A stretch of DNA of 64,000 nucleotides from Nitrosopumilus sp. (GCA_965203315.1 CBDBCE010000004.1:256001-320000), one strand, 5' to 3'. Shown: positions 9,666 to 21,335, counted from the first letter of the stretch. The notes: generated from the sequence alone by a model not told the origin. Numbers and translations are program-made.

Positions 9666-10964
9666 TCATGTCTCTGTAATCAGCTTTGATAGTTTTTGTA
9701 GAACATTGTCTGGTCTAGTCCCAAATATTATGATCATGGGCTCTTTTCCCAAGTCTCCTGTATGGTATATGATATCTGGAGATTCGGTTGCATCGCGAAT
9801 TGCTTCTTGTACGCCCCAACTGATGCTAGAGCCTCCGACTCTGATATCTGTAGGCTCTGACTGTCGATCGTACTCTAGTACAACCATGCCGCTACTTGCT
9901 GCTCTCTTTATGATATCTATATTATACATGATGTTTATTGCAGATCGAATATCTGGAAATCTCTTATTGACAGTAACTATCGCTGTTGCAACATGTTTTG
10001 ATCCTCCATATACGATATCGCCTGCAATTACAACTCTCTTTCCAGACTTTACTATTCTGCCTCGGACTCCTACAACATCATTTAGACTCTGAGGTCTCTT
10101 TCTTGCATATACAAAGTTTGTCTGACATTCTGGAATATGGTTTGATACATGATCCATCTTGACAAGCTCTAGTATATTGTATGTGATATCTCTTGTGATA
10201 TCATCTACTAGACGAGTATTTGTTATGGGTATTCCTTGACCTAGATGTACTGCAGACTTTATTCCTTCCAGCGTCATCTTTTTTGCATAAAGAGCTGCAT
10301 CATATACTGTCATCTTTGATCCGAGACCGACTGCTATTGCTGTCGCAAAGTTACAACCGCTACCATGATTCTCACCAGGAACCTGTACCCCTGTGATGTA
10401 TCTGATCTGATCTCGTTCTGCAATCAGATCTACAATCTCGTCTCTAATGTGAATACCAGTAATGATGACGTTTGGCACTCTGGTGTCTAGTATTGACGTT
10501 GCAATCTCTTCTGGTGTACTGTGATCGAGTTTCATCCCTGCAAGTATCTCAGCTTCAGTTATGTTTGGCGTCACTATTGTACTATCTGCTACGAGCCGTC
10601 TGAGATCCTTGATTGCAGACTCTGTTATCAACATGCCCCCTGTGGTTGATCTGATTACTGGATCAACTATTATTGGTACATCAATCTCTGCTATGTAGTG
10701 TCGTATGATATCGATCGTCTCTGTATTGTATACCATTCCTATCTTTATCGCATCGATCTCAAAATCATCTGTTACTGCATCGAGTTGACTCTTGATCATT
10801 CTTGGTGATACTGTCTCGATCGTCGCAAACTGTCTTGTGTTCTGTCCAGTTATTGCAGTAACTATGCAAAGACAATGTACTCCTATATCTGATGTCGCTT
10901 TAATGTCTGCCTGTACTCCTGCACCAGATGTTGGATCAGATCCGCCTATAGTTAGGAGGTTCAT
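9666..10964 (-). CDS. thiD: Bifunctional HMP/HMP-P kinase and ThiN thiamine-phosphate synthase (ThiDN)
   Basis: GGSDPTSGAGVQAD, TPNITEA, HGSGC; C-terminal ThiN motifs IPECQTN, GGSKHVA, GKEPMI. Confidence 0.92.
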   Translation of the reverse strand: MNLLTIGGSDPTSGAGVQADIKATSDIGVHCLCIVTAITGQNTRQFATIETVSPRMIKSQLDAVTDDFEIDAIKIGMVYNTETIDIIRHYIAEIDVPIIVDPVIRSTTGGMLITESAIKDLRRLVADSTIVTPNITEAEILAGMKLDHSTPEEIATSILDTRVPNVIITGIHIRDEIVDLIAERDQIRYITGVQVPGENHGSGCNFATAIAVGLGSKMTVYDAALYAKKMTLEGIKSAVHLGQGIPITNTRLVDDITRDITYNILELVKMDHVSNHIPECQTNFVYARKRPQSLNDVVGVRGRIVKSGKRVVIAGDIVYGGSKHVATAIVTVNKRFPDIRSAINIMYNIDIIKRAASSGMVVLEYDRQSEPTDIRVGGSSISWGVQEAIRDATESPDIIYHTGDLGKEPMIIIFGTRPDNVLQKLSKLITET

Positions 10965-11009
10965 AGATCAAATCATGATCTCTGTATTAATCTGCCTTTC
11001 TAGTTGGAC

Positions 11010-11105
11010 TCATGATGCTTGTTTTGCACAATCAAATGAACAGAAATTATCTATGTCACTATGAAACTCTCGACCACAATGTTTACACTCTCTCACAGTT
11101 CTCAT
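11010..11105 (-). CDS. 31-aa TRASH/MYM-like zinc-finger peptide
   Basis: Manual translation MRTVRECKHCGREFHSDIDNFCSFDCAKQAS (CxxC..FCSxxC); TATA-like element upstream. Confidence 0.55.
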   Translation of the reverse strand: MRTVRECKHCGREFHSDIDNFCSFDCAKQAS

Positions 11106-11544
11106 ACTATAATATAATCACGATAGCATATAAGATCAATGCTGTCTCTCAAACCTGATACCAAGTATGTGGTATCTGATCTGTGCGCCTCTCCGCAACG
11201 TTATTACGCGATTTTGAGAGTTATGTACTGTCATGTCCCCGGCTGTGCATTGCAGAACCAACCATGATGAAAGATTGATGACTTTATCTAAACATCAATT
11301 TTGACACATGCTTTGCGATCTGCAATGAGAATTGTGTGAACACTTGTCAACATAGAATGTAACAAACCTCTGGTGATGTTCTCTTCGATTTATGTGGAAT
11401 GCATTTTACAAGACTTGTCCGTTCCTATGAAGTCTTGTACTTTTTTTCTGTCAAAATTCTATCTCAAGTAAACCGAAGAGATTCTCTCAAAATGCTCTCA
11501 TGCTTGTTACTTGAACTGGTGCCGTACTAGAACCTACAAGATAC

Positions 11545-11577
11545 TTTTATAAGATACGGGGGGGGGGGGAGTAATTA
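11545..11577 (+). promoter_or_regulatory. Archaeal promoter with G12 tract between TATA box and TTG start
   Basis: TTTTATAA 11545-11552, G12 11558-11569, TTG 11578. Confidence 0.75.
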
Positions 11578-14500
11578 TTGTATAAGCGTCATCTGATCCC
11601 TGTTCTAGCTTTGGCAATAATTGTACCATTCTTACTAGTTGATCTAGATGATGCGTTTGGGGCGGTTATACCTCCATACAACTATTTGAATCCTGGTTTA
11701 AATCCCTCAACAGGTTGGCGTACTGATACGGCGAGCTTTTCATCTCCTCTTACCATACATGACAACAATAGTGCAACTCTTGTTATTAGTACTAGTTTTA
11801 ATCACATTAGACATGGCGCCGCCTATCAACCTGAAGGAGACATCACCATAGATAAAGGAACAAAGATACTACCAAACTCTGTATTTGCATCAATTGGTTG
11901 TACAGTCCAGTTTGCAGTGACCAACGTTGGTTCCAATCCATCTAATGATGATTCCCTTCATGACTATGCTACTCTACCTACTAACGTATATAGCAACATC
12001 TGGACTAATTTACCTGGCAGTGATGTTAAAGTAATAGGTGTAGACTTTAAAGAATACACCTCTAGTACTTGTGACGTCTCTGCTCTTACCACTAAAAACT
12101 CTACCAATGAACCACTACTCACAGACAAATCGATGAGAGTTACCCTTTATGGTCAGGCTGGCAAAAAGGCGTTCTTTACCTCACACTTTGAAAATATCAC
12201 CACGGCTCAACTGATCCCAGAATGTACTAGTGCAAACTTTGACAACACTACCAAGCAACTCAAAGGACAAACTCGTATGTGTTATGGTACCTATGTTGAT
12301 AGTACTACTAATAATTCTATCTTACCTTATAAGCGTGGTAATCATCTGATTATAATAACAACACAGATTGGAGAGTATGGTGCTACTAGTACAATTCTTC
12401 CACCAGATACACTGCCTATACTACCGCCTAGTGGTTTTCCTACTTCACTCATTACTAATGACGTCCCATACCTGAAAAGCAGTCCTAATATAGACAATGG
12501 AACAATTGGTGCTACCAGTGGCAATCGATATCAGATAGACGGTACTCAGGCCGGTGCACTGGTTAAGGCAGGTGATATCCATATACAAGGTACGACAACG
12601 ATACTCTCAAATCCGATACTCTTAGGTCTCTCAACAACATGCGCTTTTAATATAATGTCACTTCCTACTCTAAGTACTGCTTTTCCGACCAACGCACAAC
12701 CGGCAGGCAACGCAACCAATCCGGCTTCGATGACATTTCGTGGACAATCCAGTTGTGCAAACTGGTCTCCTACACATCCAATGATAACAGACAAAGAGAT
12801 GCGAATCACTCTAACCAATAAAACGGGCAGTAAGGCATGGTATGCATCACCTCGTCAGGGTATAACCGAAGCGCAACCAATTCCTGCGTGTACTACAGAT
12901 ATGATATATCTGAACAATGGTACCCTCAAAGGCAACACAAAGATGTGTTATGGTGTGTATAGTGATCATTTAATAATTATCACAAAGAGATTCTTTGGAC
13001 AATATGGATCTGCTGACACAATCACAACTCCACAGAATCCGGTAGATCTTGATTCAGACAAACCTATGCAAACTATGCCTCCATCCACTACATCACTAGC
13101 TCCTCCACAAAACTTTGCAAGTCTGTCGCCACAGTTTACGGCATTTGGGATCATCCCACGTGGCGCAAGCATAGGTGGCGATATCAACGTGAACACTGAT
13201 ACTCGATTTGGTCCACCAAACAGCAAAGGTGACGTGGTGATACAGGCCAATACAAAGATAAAGCCTGCAGCTCTATTTGACACTGACGTCGGAAGACCTT
13301 GCATCAGCGTCAACTTTAGAGATCCCGCAATCTTGATAACTCCTCCTACTGTTCTACGAGGTGCAGATGCAATGGGATTTGACTTGTCAACATCTACTGG
13401 TCTGACTCCTGTATGTACGATAAATCCTACAGCATTCAACGGAACTCTATTAACAGACAAAGAGCTGCGTATAACACTATATCCAAACGCAACCACCGAT
13501 ACAATAGCGCCGCACTTTTTCTCACAAGAACAAGGTAACTCTGCCACCAAGCCGATACCTCTGTGTACTAGTACGAACATGCACGCCAACCAGACTCTGA
13601 TAGGCGACACAGAGATGTGCTATGGCACACACGACAACAACACCATAATCATATCAAAGCGCATTGGCATATACAGTGCAAATGCACCAACAGGAACTAT
13701 TGTTCCAGATCCTGTATCTACACCAGTAAATACGGTCAACGGTACAATATCGTTCACAGTATCAGGCGCATGGACACCAGGTGAGCAAGCTACAGTATCA
13801 ATATCTGATGCAGATCAAAACAAGAACAGTGCAGCAGACGACGATCAAACTATATCGAATGCAAAATCTAGAATTCCAACACTGATAACAGGTGATCCAC
13901 ATACGCTAAAAGATGGCGATACAGATCAAATATACGCATATACGGGACGAGGCAGCACATGGATACCATTCCTTCAAGATCCCAGTCAAAGCTACATACA
14001 TCAATTAAACTATAAAACAGATGACAGTCATCGTGGTATAATATCGTGGACTGGTGGTGATCTATCAAACAACGCAGAGACTCTATCACTTGGAGGTGCT
14101 GGAGTAGGACCAATGCTTGCGATACCTCTGGGTACGCTAGGTGATCTCCGCGACTCCATAAACGACGACGACCTCAACGGTACAGGCAACTTTACAGGAC
14201 GAAACCTGATAAACTATGACTTTGGTTCACTGACCCCAAACATCCGAAAGAGTCAACTTACCATAGTGAATAGTGCTGGAACTTATTTGTACAGTGGCGT
14301 ATTTGCAAGTGATGATACGAGATTCCCAAACCATAATGCTAAATCTGACATACTAGATATTACCGGTTTTACAGTTGCGCATCAGACTGGTACCGACTAT
14401 GTACTGACAGGCCCTGATCTATTATCTCAACCTAATGTAAACGACAACAGTCAAGTTTTATGGATAATAGAGTTCAGCGAGAGTCTAGTGCTTACAGAAG

Positions 14501-17500
14501 GTATAGAATATCCAATCGTACTGGACTTTATCTCGTACGGATTCTATGGTGATGGTGACAGTACAGATGAGCGTATAGCCAACCAGATAATACGAATACA
14601 AGCAGAAGAGACCGGTGTAAACACTGGTACATTTACAGGTACGATATCATATATCCTGATAAATCAACTAGACACTATAGTACACGATGACATTTACTGG
14701 AATTCAGGACAGACTCAGATACTAGAGACTCCTTACATCTATGAAACAATCACACCAACAGGCAAGGATGCAACATTTATCGCATTTGAAGGCATGACAG
14801 CTCAAGTAAACTATACAGATATCAACTCTAACGGTGTCGATACCGTACTGTCTGCTCAGCAAGATATCATTACAAACACAGGTACGGTATCTCTCAATAA
14901 TACAAGCTATGATACAGGCGATGCAGTAACTATAACACTCGTCGATCCCGATCTAGACAGAGATACTAGCACAGCTGACGTCTATAATGTATTTCAGGAT
15001 AGTACAGATCCCGATAGAGATCTAGTAGGCAAGAACGCACAGGGTTCACAAGAGACTCTACTGTCTGGCAGATCGTTGGGAATGTTACTCGAGGTAACAC
15101 TAAATGGCACAAAATGGCAGTCTGGTACGTGTACTTTATCTGGTGGTACACCAAACGGACTAGGCGGTACAACCTTTGCATTACAAGAGACTGGCCCCAA
15201 TACAGGTACCTTTACGGGTACATTCTATGTACCGGCCCAGTTTTGTGATGGTGCTGATACCGTATATACAAACGGTACAAATATCGGTGTAACATATCTA
15301 GACTTTAGAAATGCTACCGGTAGTATCGTCACAGCTAGTGATACAGCTAGTATCGCTGCAGCTGTGACCACTCCAACTCCCCATGTGACTCCGCCCCCAA
15401 TCACAATTCCTAATAATCTATTAACAATACCGCCACTAACCAATTCGAGCAGTTCTGCTGGAATGAATTTTGATTCAGACACAGAACACGATGGTTCGAT
15501 ATACTATGATGGCGACACTAGGAGATACACAGACGACAGTGGCAACGACGCCACTGCTGATCTCTATCTGGCACGAGGTACTGAAACACTACCACGTGCT
15601 ATGTTTGAAGGCACTGGTGATTATCAGTGTACTGGAAATTTTGAACGTGTTAAATTCCTCGACAAAAAACGTGTTCCAGGCTTTGCTATCCCAGATAATG
15701 TAACTCCTACTAAAAAGGGTAAACTAGCTGCATATGGACTAGATTTTTACAACAAGAGTTCAACAATATCGTGCTCACCAAATCCTGAAGCCGTCTCTGA
15801 TCAAACACTGATAACCGACACTGCACTGCGAATCACCATATATGGCAAGGCAGACAAAAAGCCTATCTACTTTTCACCGCGTGACGGAATACTCAAGGCT
15901 CAACCAATTCCAATGTGTACAACTGATATGATCGACACGAGCAACAACAATGCTCTCAAGGGTAACAATACTGTATGTTATGGCGTACACGGTAATGACA
16001 TGGTCATCGTTACAAAACGACTGACTGGGTTTTATGGTGCAGCAGACAGCGTTACAACACCCGCAAATCCGATAGACCTCAATCCAACTACAGTCATTAA
16101 TATCGATCCAAACATATTGTCTATACCATCAATAATCGAAACGAAACGTGCTGGTCAAGCGACTTTTGAGTCAAATTCAGCTAATGACGGCAAGATATTC
16201 TATGCCGGACCCTCTTCTAGACTCACCGATCATGGTACAAAACCAACTGGTGATATCTATCTCGTACAAGATACTACAACACTCGTACATCCGCTGTTCA
16301 GAGGCGCCGGCGACTATAGATGTTTTGCAAGTTTAGCACATGTTGTAACTCTCAACACAACCATGGTCCCAGGCTTTGCCCTGCCAGATAATATCGTTCC
16401 TAAGACACCTCTGCGTAGTGTATATGCATACGGACTAGACTTTTTTAACAGCATTAGTAATAAAACAGCAAAATGTTCACCCGATCCCGAGGCTGTACAT
16501 AGCCAACCACTAGTAACCGACAAAGAGATGCGATATACGATATATGGCAAGGCAGACAAAAAACCCTACTACTTTTCTCCACGTGACGGAATAACAGAGG
16601 CTCAACCAATTCCAATGTGTACCACCGATATGATCGACACAAGCAATAATGCTCTCAAGGGTAACAATACTGTATGTTTTGGTAGAAACGGCACAGATAT
16701 GGTCATTATCACAAAACGACTGACTGGGTTTTATGGCGTAGCAGACAGCGTTACAACACCTACAGATCCAACAGATCTCAATGCCGCTATACCTGTTGTA
16801 TCTCTTACCAATTCCATAACCGGTAAAATACAAACACACGAATACTATACTGAAAAGATAAACAGTACATCTCTGATAGAATATCCCAACCCTGTCTTTT
16901 TGTACAACACATTACCTCTTTGCGAGGACTCTGTTCATGGCACACATCAGACAATACAAATGACAACAAAAGGAGATATTTTGTTCAAGTATGCTCTAAA
17001 CGGAGTACAGTTTGACGGCAGGCTATTCCTGACTCTGACAGATCATACTCCCAAAAAGACCATATCGCTAGACTCTAACTTTGTCCAACAGCGTGGTAAT
17101 TGGTACAACTATAACAGTACTCTTCCAAAGAGTATACTGGATCAGTTTGGCAACTTTACCAGCATAAACGCCAGACTGTTTGTGACCAATGACACCATAC
17201 CAAACAAAAACATATTCAGCAACAGCTCTACAGGTTCACCTCTATACTATAAAAGCCAGAAAAAGGCTATCATGGAGTTGCCAGATGCTGCAGATACAGT
17301 AACCTTTGTACCTGGTAAAGTACCAGGTGTCCGTGGTAATGTACATGTTCCACAAGGTGATACCGTACCACTAACCGCAGAGATACTGTGCCAGTTTGGT
17401 CATATACAACCATCCCCATCAGCTCAGGTATTTGATCTAGGTATATCTGCAGATAACGCAACAAACGGTCTCGAGATAAAGTATGAATTTACATCAAAGA

Positions 17501-20500
17501 CGTTCTATCAAGGTGCAAAGGAACAGAAACCGACAAAGTTCTTTTGGATTGCAACCGACTCTGACGGCAACTCTGTCAACGGTGATACAACTCGTACCAT
17601 AACCAATTCATACAACTTTGTCATTCCTCAAAGTACATCTGGTACATATGATATAGTGATATACGGCTCTGATGCTGAACGTACACTAATAGGTACACAT
17701 GCAGGTTCGTACACGTTTGCAGCTGCATCTGCACCAGTGACCAACCCTCCATCAACATCTGGTATACTAACGATACCCAAGCCTGACAACCTTGAGATAT
17801 CTACTGATTATGATCTACAGACCATAACCACTACTAATGGTGATCGGCAGACTACGTTCATGGTCCGAGATGAAGCCAATGAAAAGTATGTATTTACTCC
17901 TGTGGCATTTGAGAACGAACCTAATGGCAAGGTAGGTGATGTGTACATACCCACTCCTACACGTACAGAGTCCAACCCAATATTTTTCAACTCTGTAACC
18001 AACTCTTATGCTAATACTGACTGTGATGTAGATGTCTGGTCTATAACAGAGCTGGCCAAGACTACTAACGTTCCATCGTTTACCATACCAAACAACATAA
18101 ACACAACTAGTCCAAACGGTATAATCGGACTGGCACTCGACTTTGGTCCTGTTGGCGGTAGTTGTGCTGTAGATATGGACGTCAAATCACCAAATCCTAT
18201 ATTCACAGAGAAAGAGATGAGATTCACAATATACGACACAACCAAACAACCGTACTATTTCTCACCTCGTGACGATATCACCACAGCTGTCCAGATACCT
18301 GCATGTACCACCGATATGATCCATCTGAACAACCAATCTCTCAAAGGTGACACAAAGATGTGTTATGGCAAGAACGGTGACGATATCGTAATTATAACAA
18401 AGAGAGTTGCATTCTATGCAGTCGCGGGTGTACCACGGGACTCAACTCCGACCAAGGTTATAGATCCAACTCTACTAACAATACCACCACTAGACAACTC
18501 TGTAGTTTTTGGTGCTCTGAACTTTAATTCAGACAGCGCTAATGACGGTCGTCTATTTAGTTCACATCCTGATAATCGATACAGAGATGCTGACAGTACA
18601 GGTGATCTATACATAAAACAGGATACTCGTACACTCGTAACCAAGCTATTCACCGGTGTTGGTGATTATAGTTGTAGTGCAGGAGTTGATAATGTCCCCA
18701 CTTTGATCAATGACAACCGTGTTCCAAATCTTGCAATACCAAATAACATTAACCCCAATACTGCTGAAAGTATAGTTACAGTTGGATTGGACTTTTACAA
18801 CGGCTCTGATAGGACATCATCATGTTCACCAGATATAGAGGCTACTTCTGACCAACCGCTAATAACCGACAAGGATATGAGAATCACCATATACAACAAT
18901 ATAGACAAAAAGCCATACTATTTCTCACCACGTGACGGAATACTAGAGGCACAACCAATTCCTGCATGTACAACTGATATAGTAGATATAAACAACAACC
19001 ATGCCCTCAAAAGTAACAATTCAATGTGTTATGGCGTAAATGGAACTGGAAATACTGCATCTATTGTTATAGTTACAAAACATTTGACTGGATTTTATGG
19101 CGTTGCAGACTCTATCACTCCCCCAACAAATCCTATGAAATTTCAGTATGGCGGAGCAACTGTACCTCCTGTAGATAAAAGTACACTGGTATCAATACCG
19201 CCAATAAGCAGCTTGACACCCAAATTTGGTACTATGCAATTTAGATCAGACACTAGTAATGACGGTCAGATATATCAGGCGCAGCCCACCGCTAGATACT
19301 TCAATTCTGATAAAAAATATGATATCTATATGGAACAGAATGCGCGTACACTCGTAACCGATCTATTCACAGGTGTTGATGATCTTAGTTGCCTTGCAAT
19401 GCTTACTCATATTCCAGGCTTGATCACTGACAACAAGGTTCCAAATCTTGCAGCTCCTTCCAACATACAACCTAGACTTGTTAGCAGTCTAGATGCAGTT
19501 GGACTAGACTTTTACAACGCTACTGGTTCATCATCATGTTTACCAAATATAGAGACTCCTTCTAAACAACCGCTAGTACTCGACAAGGATATGCGAATCA
19601 CCCTTCCTGACACCGGCAACAGTCTCTACTATTTCTCACCACGTGACGGAATAACCGAGGCTCAACCAATTCCTGCATGTACATCTGATATAATCGATAC
19701 AGACAACAACAATGCTCTCAAAGATGGCAATACAATGTGTTACGGCGTAAATGTAACCACAGGTCCGCAATCTTTTGTTGTAATCACAAAGTGTCTGACT
19801 GGATTTTATGGTACAACTGATACACTCTTTGTACCTACAAGATCTGTAAATCCTAACAACATGTGTGGAAGCGGTGACCCTAAAGACAGCGATGATTATC
19901 TGGCCACTGCACCAACCTTTGGCGTCTCACAACTCACAGGTGAACAGCTGGTAACATGTGGTTATAAAATGGACGACACTTGCCGTGATATCACTGCATA
20001 TCATGTCCAGTACGAACGCGACACGATACAAACTAACACGACACACACATTTGCAATAAAGACACTGGCACCAAACATGTTGCACAATGTTATACTGGCA
20101 TTTAGTGTACCAAATGTGGGCGCTCCAGTGAGTACAGCAGAAGCATACATCTCTGTACATCTTGGAATAAACTATAGCGAACCGTCACACCACTATATCA
20201 CAGATGTTACTATACATGACCCAAACAACATCATCGACTATGACACACAAAACACAACAGTATCTGCTGCATCTTGTTCTGGTACCGAGCTACAATGTAC
20301 GCAAATAACACTCCCAGACGTACTATTCCGTGATGTAATGAACCATGAACCATTTGCAATACAAGTAACTGATACTCTACGATTCACATCCATAAACTAC
20401 ATGAACGAAGGTGTCTTTGTTAAAGGTACATCACTAAACGCACCACCAACTGCACAGCCAGGACTCACACTATCTGGTGACGATGGTCGACCAATAAACT

Positions 20501-20835
20501 TGGTGTTGGTCCGTACAGACAAGGTCTCTGATCTATGGGCAGACGCATTCGGCAATACGTGGAGTCGCAACTCGTTTGGTCATTTCATAATAGTACAGTA
20601 TGCACCATACGCAGGTACTACTCCCGTATGTACAGACATCAACGATAGAATATGTGCACCATTCAAGGCTAAACTCGATTGGCACAATCAAAAGATGATC
20701 GAACTACGTGACTCGCTATACGATGCATACAAGACAAAAGCATACGCCGAGATCGACAATATCTTTACCTACGAGTTTGGTGATGTAGACTCTCGCACTA
20801 GAACACTGATCAATCTAGGCTGGCTAACAGAGTAG
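11578..20835 (+). CDS. Giant secreted modular surface protein, 3085 aa
   Basis: Signal peptide; about 8 copies of a Cys-containing ~200-aa module (TDKEMRITIY..YFSPRDGI..AQPIP.CT..CYG..IITKR); an S-layer-like segment; C-terminal domain shared with 57943..62718. Confidence 0.9.
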   Translation: MYKRHLIPVLALAIIVPFLLVDLDDAFGAVIPPYNYLNPGLNPSTGWRTDTASFSSPLTIHDNNSATLVISTSFNHIRHGAAYQPEGDITIDKGTKILPNSVFASIGCTVQFAVTNVGSNPSNDDSLHDYATLPTNVYSNIWTNLPGSDVKVIGVDFKEYTSSTCDVSALTTKNSTNEPLLTDKSMRVTLYGQAGKKAFFTSHFENITTAQLIPECTSANFDNTTKQLKGQTRMCYGTYVDSTTNNSILPYKRGNHLIIITTQIGEYGATSTILPPDTLPILPPSGFPTSLITNDVPYLKSSPNIDNGTIGATSGNRYQIDGTQAGALVKAGDIHIQGTTTILSNPILLGLSTTCAFNIMSLPTLSTAFPTNAQPAGNATNPASMTFRGQSSCANWSPTHPMITDKEMRITLTNKTGSKAWYASPRQGITEAQPIPACTTDMIYLNNGTLKGNTKMCYGVYSDHLIIITKRFFGQYGSADTITTPQNPVDLDSDKPMQTMPPSTTSLAPPQNFASLSPQFTAFGIIPRGASIGGDINVNTDTRFGPPNSKGDVVIQANTKIKPAALFDTDVGRPCISVNFRDPAILITPPTVLRGADAMGFDLSTSTGLTPVCTINPTAFNGTLLTDKELRITLYPNATTDTIAPHFFSQEQGNSATKPIPLCTSTNMHANQTLIGDTEMCYGTHDNNTIIISKRIGIYSANAPTGTIVPDPVSTPVNTVNGTISFTVSGAWTPGEQATVSISDADQNKNSAADDDQTISNAKSRIPTLITGDPHTLKDGDTDQIYAYTGRGSTWIPFLQDPSQSYIHQLNYKTDDSHRGIISWTGGDLSNNAETLSLGGAGVGPMLAIPLGTLGDLRDSINDDDLNGTGNFTGRNLINYDFGSLTPNIRKSQLTIVNSAGTYLYSGVFASDDTRFPNHNAKSDILDITGFTVAHQTGTDYVLTGPDLLSQPNVNDNSQVLWIIEFSESLVLTEGIEYPIVLDFISYGFYGDGDSTDERIANQIIRIQAEETGVNTGTFTGTISYILINQLDTIVHDDIYWNSGQTQILETPYIYETITPTGKDATFIAFEGMTAQVNYTDINSNGVDTVLSAQQDIITNTGTVSLNNTSYDTGDAVTITLVDPDLDRDTSTADVYNVFQDSTDPDRDLVGKNAQGSQETLLSGRSLGMLLEVTLNGTKWQSGTCTLSGGTPNGLGGTTFALQETGPNTGTFTGTFYVPAQFCDGADTVYTNGTNIGVTYLDFRNATGSIVTASDTASIAAAVTTPTPHVTPPPITIPNNLLTIPPLTNSSSSAGMNFDSDTEHDGSIYYDGDTRRYTDDSGNDATADLYLARGTETLPRAMFEGTGDYQCTGNFERVKFLDKKRVPGFAIPDNVTPTKKGKLAAYGLDFYNKSSTISCSPNPEAVSDQTLITDTALRITIYGKADKKPIYFSPRDGILKAQPIPMCTTDMIDTSNNNALKGNNTVCYGVHGNDMVIVTKRLTGFYGAADSVTTPANPIDLNPTTVINIDPNILSIPSIIETKRAGQATFESNSANDGKIFYAGPSSRLTDHGTKPTGDIYLVQDTTTLVHPLFRGAGDYRCFASLAHVVTLNTTMVPGFALPDNIVPKTPLRSVYAYGLDFFNSISNKTAKCSPDPEAVHSQPLVTDKEMRYTIYGKADKKPYYFSPRDGITEAQPIPMCTTDMIDTSNNALKGNNTVCFGRNGTDMVIITKRLTGFYGVADSVTTPTDPTDLNAAIPVVSLTNSITGKIQTHEYYTEKINSTSLIEYPNPVFLYNTLPLCEDSVHGTHQTIQMTTKGDILFKYALNGVQFDGRLFLTLTDHTPKKTISLDSNFVQQRGNWYNYNSTLPKSILDQFGNFTSINARLFVTNDTIPNKNIFSNSSTGSPLYYKSQKKAIMELPDAADTVTFVPGKVPGVRGNVHVPQGDTVPLTAEILCQFGHIQPSPSAQVFDLGISADNATNGLEIKYEFTSKTFYQGAKEQKPTKFFWIATDSDGNSVNGDTTRTITNSYNFVIPQSTSGTYDIVIYGSDAERTLIGTHAGSYTFAAASAPVTNPPSTSGILTIPKPDNLEISTDYDLQTITTTNGDRQTTFMVRDEANEKYVFTPVAFENEPNGKVGDVYIPTPTRTESNPIFFNSVTNSYANTDCDVDVWSITELAKTTNVPSFTIPNNINTTSPNGIIGLALDFGPVGGSCAVDMDVKSPNPIFTEKEMRFTIYDTTKQPYYFSPRDDITTAVQIPACTTDMIHLNNQSLKGDTKMCYGKNGDDIVIITKRVAFYAVAGVPRDSTPTKVIDPTLLTIPPLDNSVVFGALNFNSDSANDGRLFSSHPDNRYRDADSTGDLYIKQDTRTLVTKLFTGVGDYSCSAGVDNVPTLINDNRVPNLAIPNNINPNTAESIVTVGLDFYNGSDRTSSCSPDIEATSDQPLITDKDMRITIYNNIDKKPYYFSPRDGILEAQPIPACTTDIVDINNNHALKSNNSMCYGVNGTGNTASIVIVTKHLTGFYGVADSITPPTNPMKFQYGGATVPPVDKSTLVSIPPISSLTPKFGTMQFRSDTSNDGQIYQAQPTARYFNSDKKYDIYMEQNARTLVTDLFTGVDDLSCLAMLTHIPGLITDNKVPNLAAPSNIQPRLVSSLDAVGLDFYNATGSSSCLPNIETPSKQPLVLDKDMRITLPDTGNSLYYFSPRDGITEAQPIPACTSDIIDTDNNNALKDGNTMCYGVNVTTGPQSFVVITKCLTGFYGTTDTLFVPTRSVNPNNMCGSGDPKDSDDYLATAPTFGVSQLTGEQLVTCGYKMDDTCRDITAYHVQYERDTIQTNTTHTFAIKTLAPNMLHNVILAFSVPNVGAPVSTAEAYISVHLGINYSEPSHHYITDVTIHDPNNIIDYDTQNTTVSAASCSGTELQCTQITLPDVLFRDVMNHEPFAIQVTDTLRFTSINYMNEGVFVKGTSLNAPPTAQPGLTLSGDDGRPINLVLVRTDKVSDLWADAFGNTWSRNSFGHFIIVQYAPYAGTTPVCTDINDRICAPFKAKLDWHNQKMIELRDSLYDAYKTKAYAEIDNIFTYEFGDVDSRTRTLINLGWLTE

Positions 20836-20950
20836 GTTTGTATTCGAGATATGTGATATCAAAAATTGTTCATCATTCATCTGACGTGACATTTACTTTG
20901 TATTGACTATTCAATTTGCTTCTTTTGGCATTTTTAGATAACGTCTCAGC

Positions 20951-21208
20951 GGATCTTTTCGATTTATGTGGAGTGGCGTTTTGTAAGGTTTTTTATAATA
21001 GACTGTATGCGTATTATTAAGAGTACCCATACCAATCATCAAATATGACAACAATGAATCAATTCGCCTCTAGAAATCATGCCTGTGTTTTATTGTACCT
21101 TAAAATGTGCATATGATAAGAAATACGCATATAGTCTAATCTTTCATTATAGAATCTCGTAGTGCTTTTTCTGCAACAATTCGTATCTCATGTAAACCGG
21201 AAAGATCC
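20951..21208. mobile_element. MITE family B copy interrupted by a nested MITE
   Basis: Left half GGATCTTTTCGATTTATGTGG.. and right half ..GTAAACCGGAAAGATCC rejoin into a normal B copy once 21000-21137 is removed. Confidence 0.7.
21000..21137. mobile_element. MITE family C (nested)
   Basis: TIRs AGACTGTATGCGTATT and AATACGCATATAGTCT (1 mismatch), flanked by a short AAT (or TA) duplication. Confidence 0.7.
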
Positions 21209-21335
21209 GTAGACTGTGCTAATTATGTACAAAAAATCGTTGACCGGGAGGTATTCTGAGAAACGTATTGGGTTTAATTATTCTGCAAATCAGAATAAAT
21301 TGATGGCATGTATTACTGATATTATGATAAAAAAC

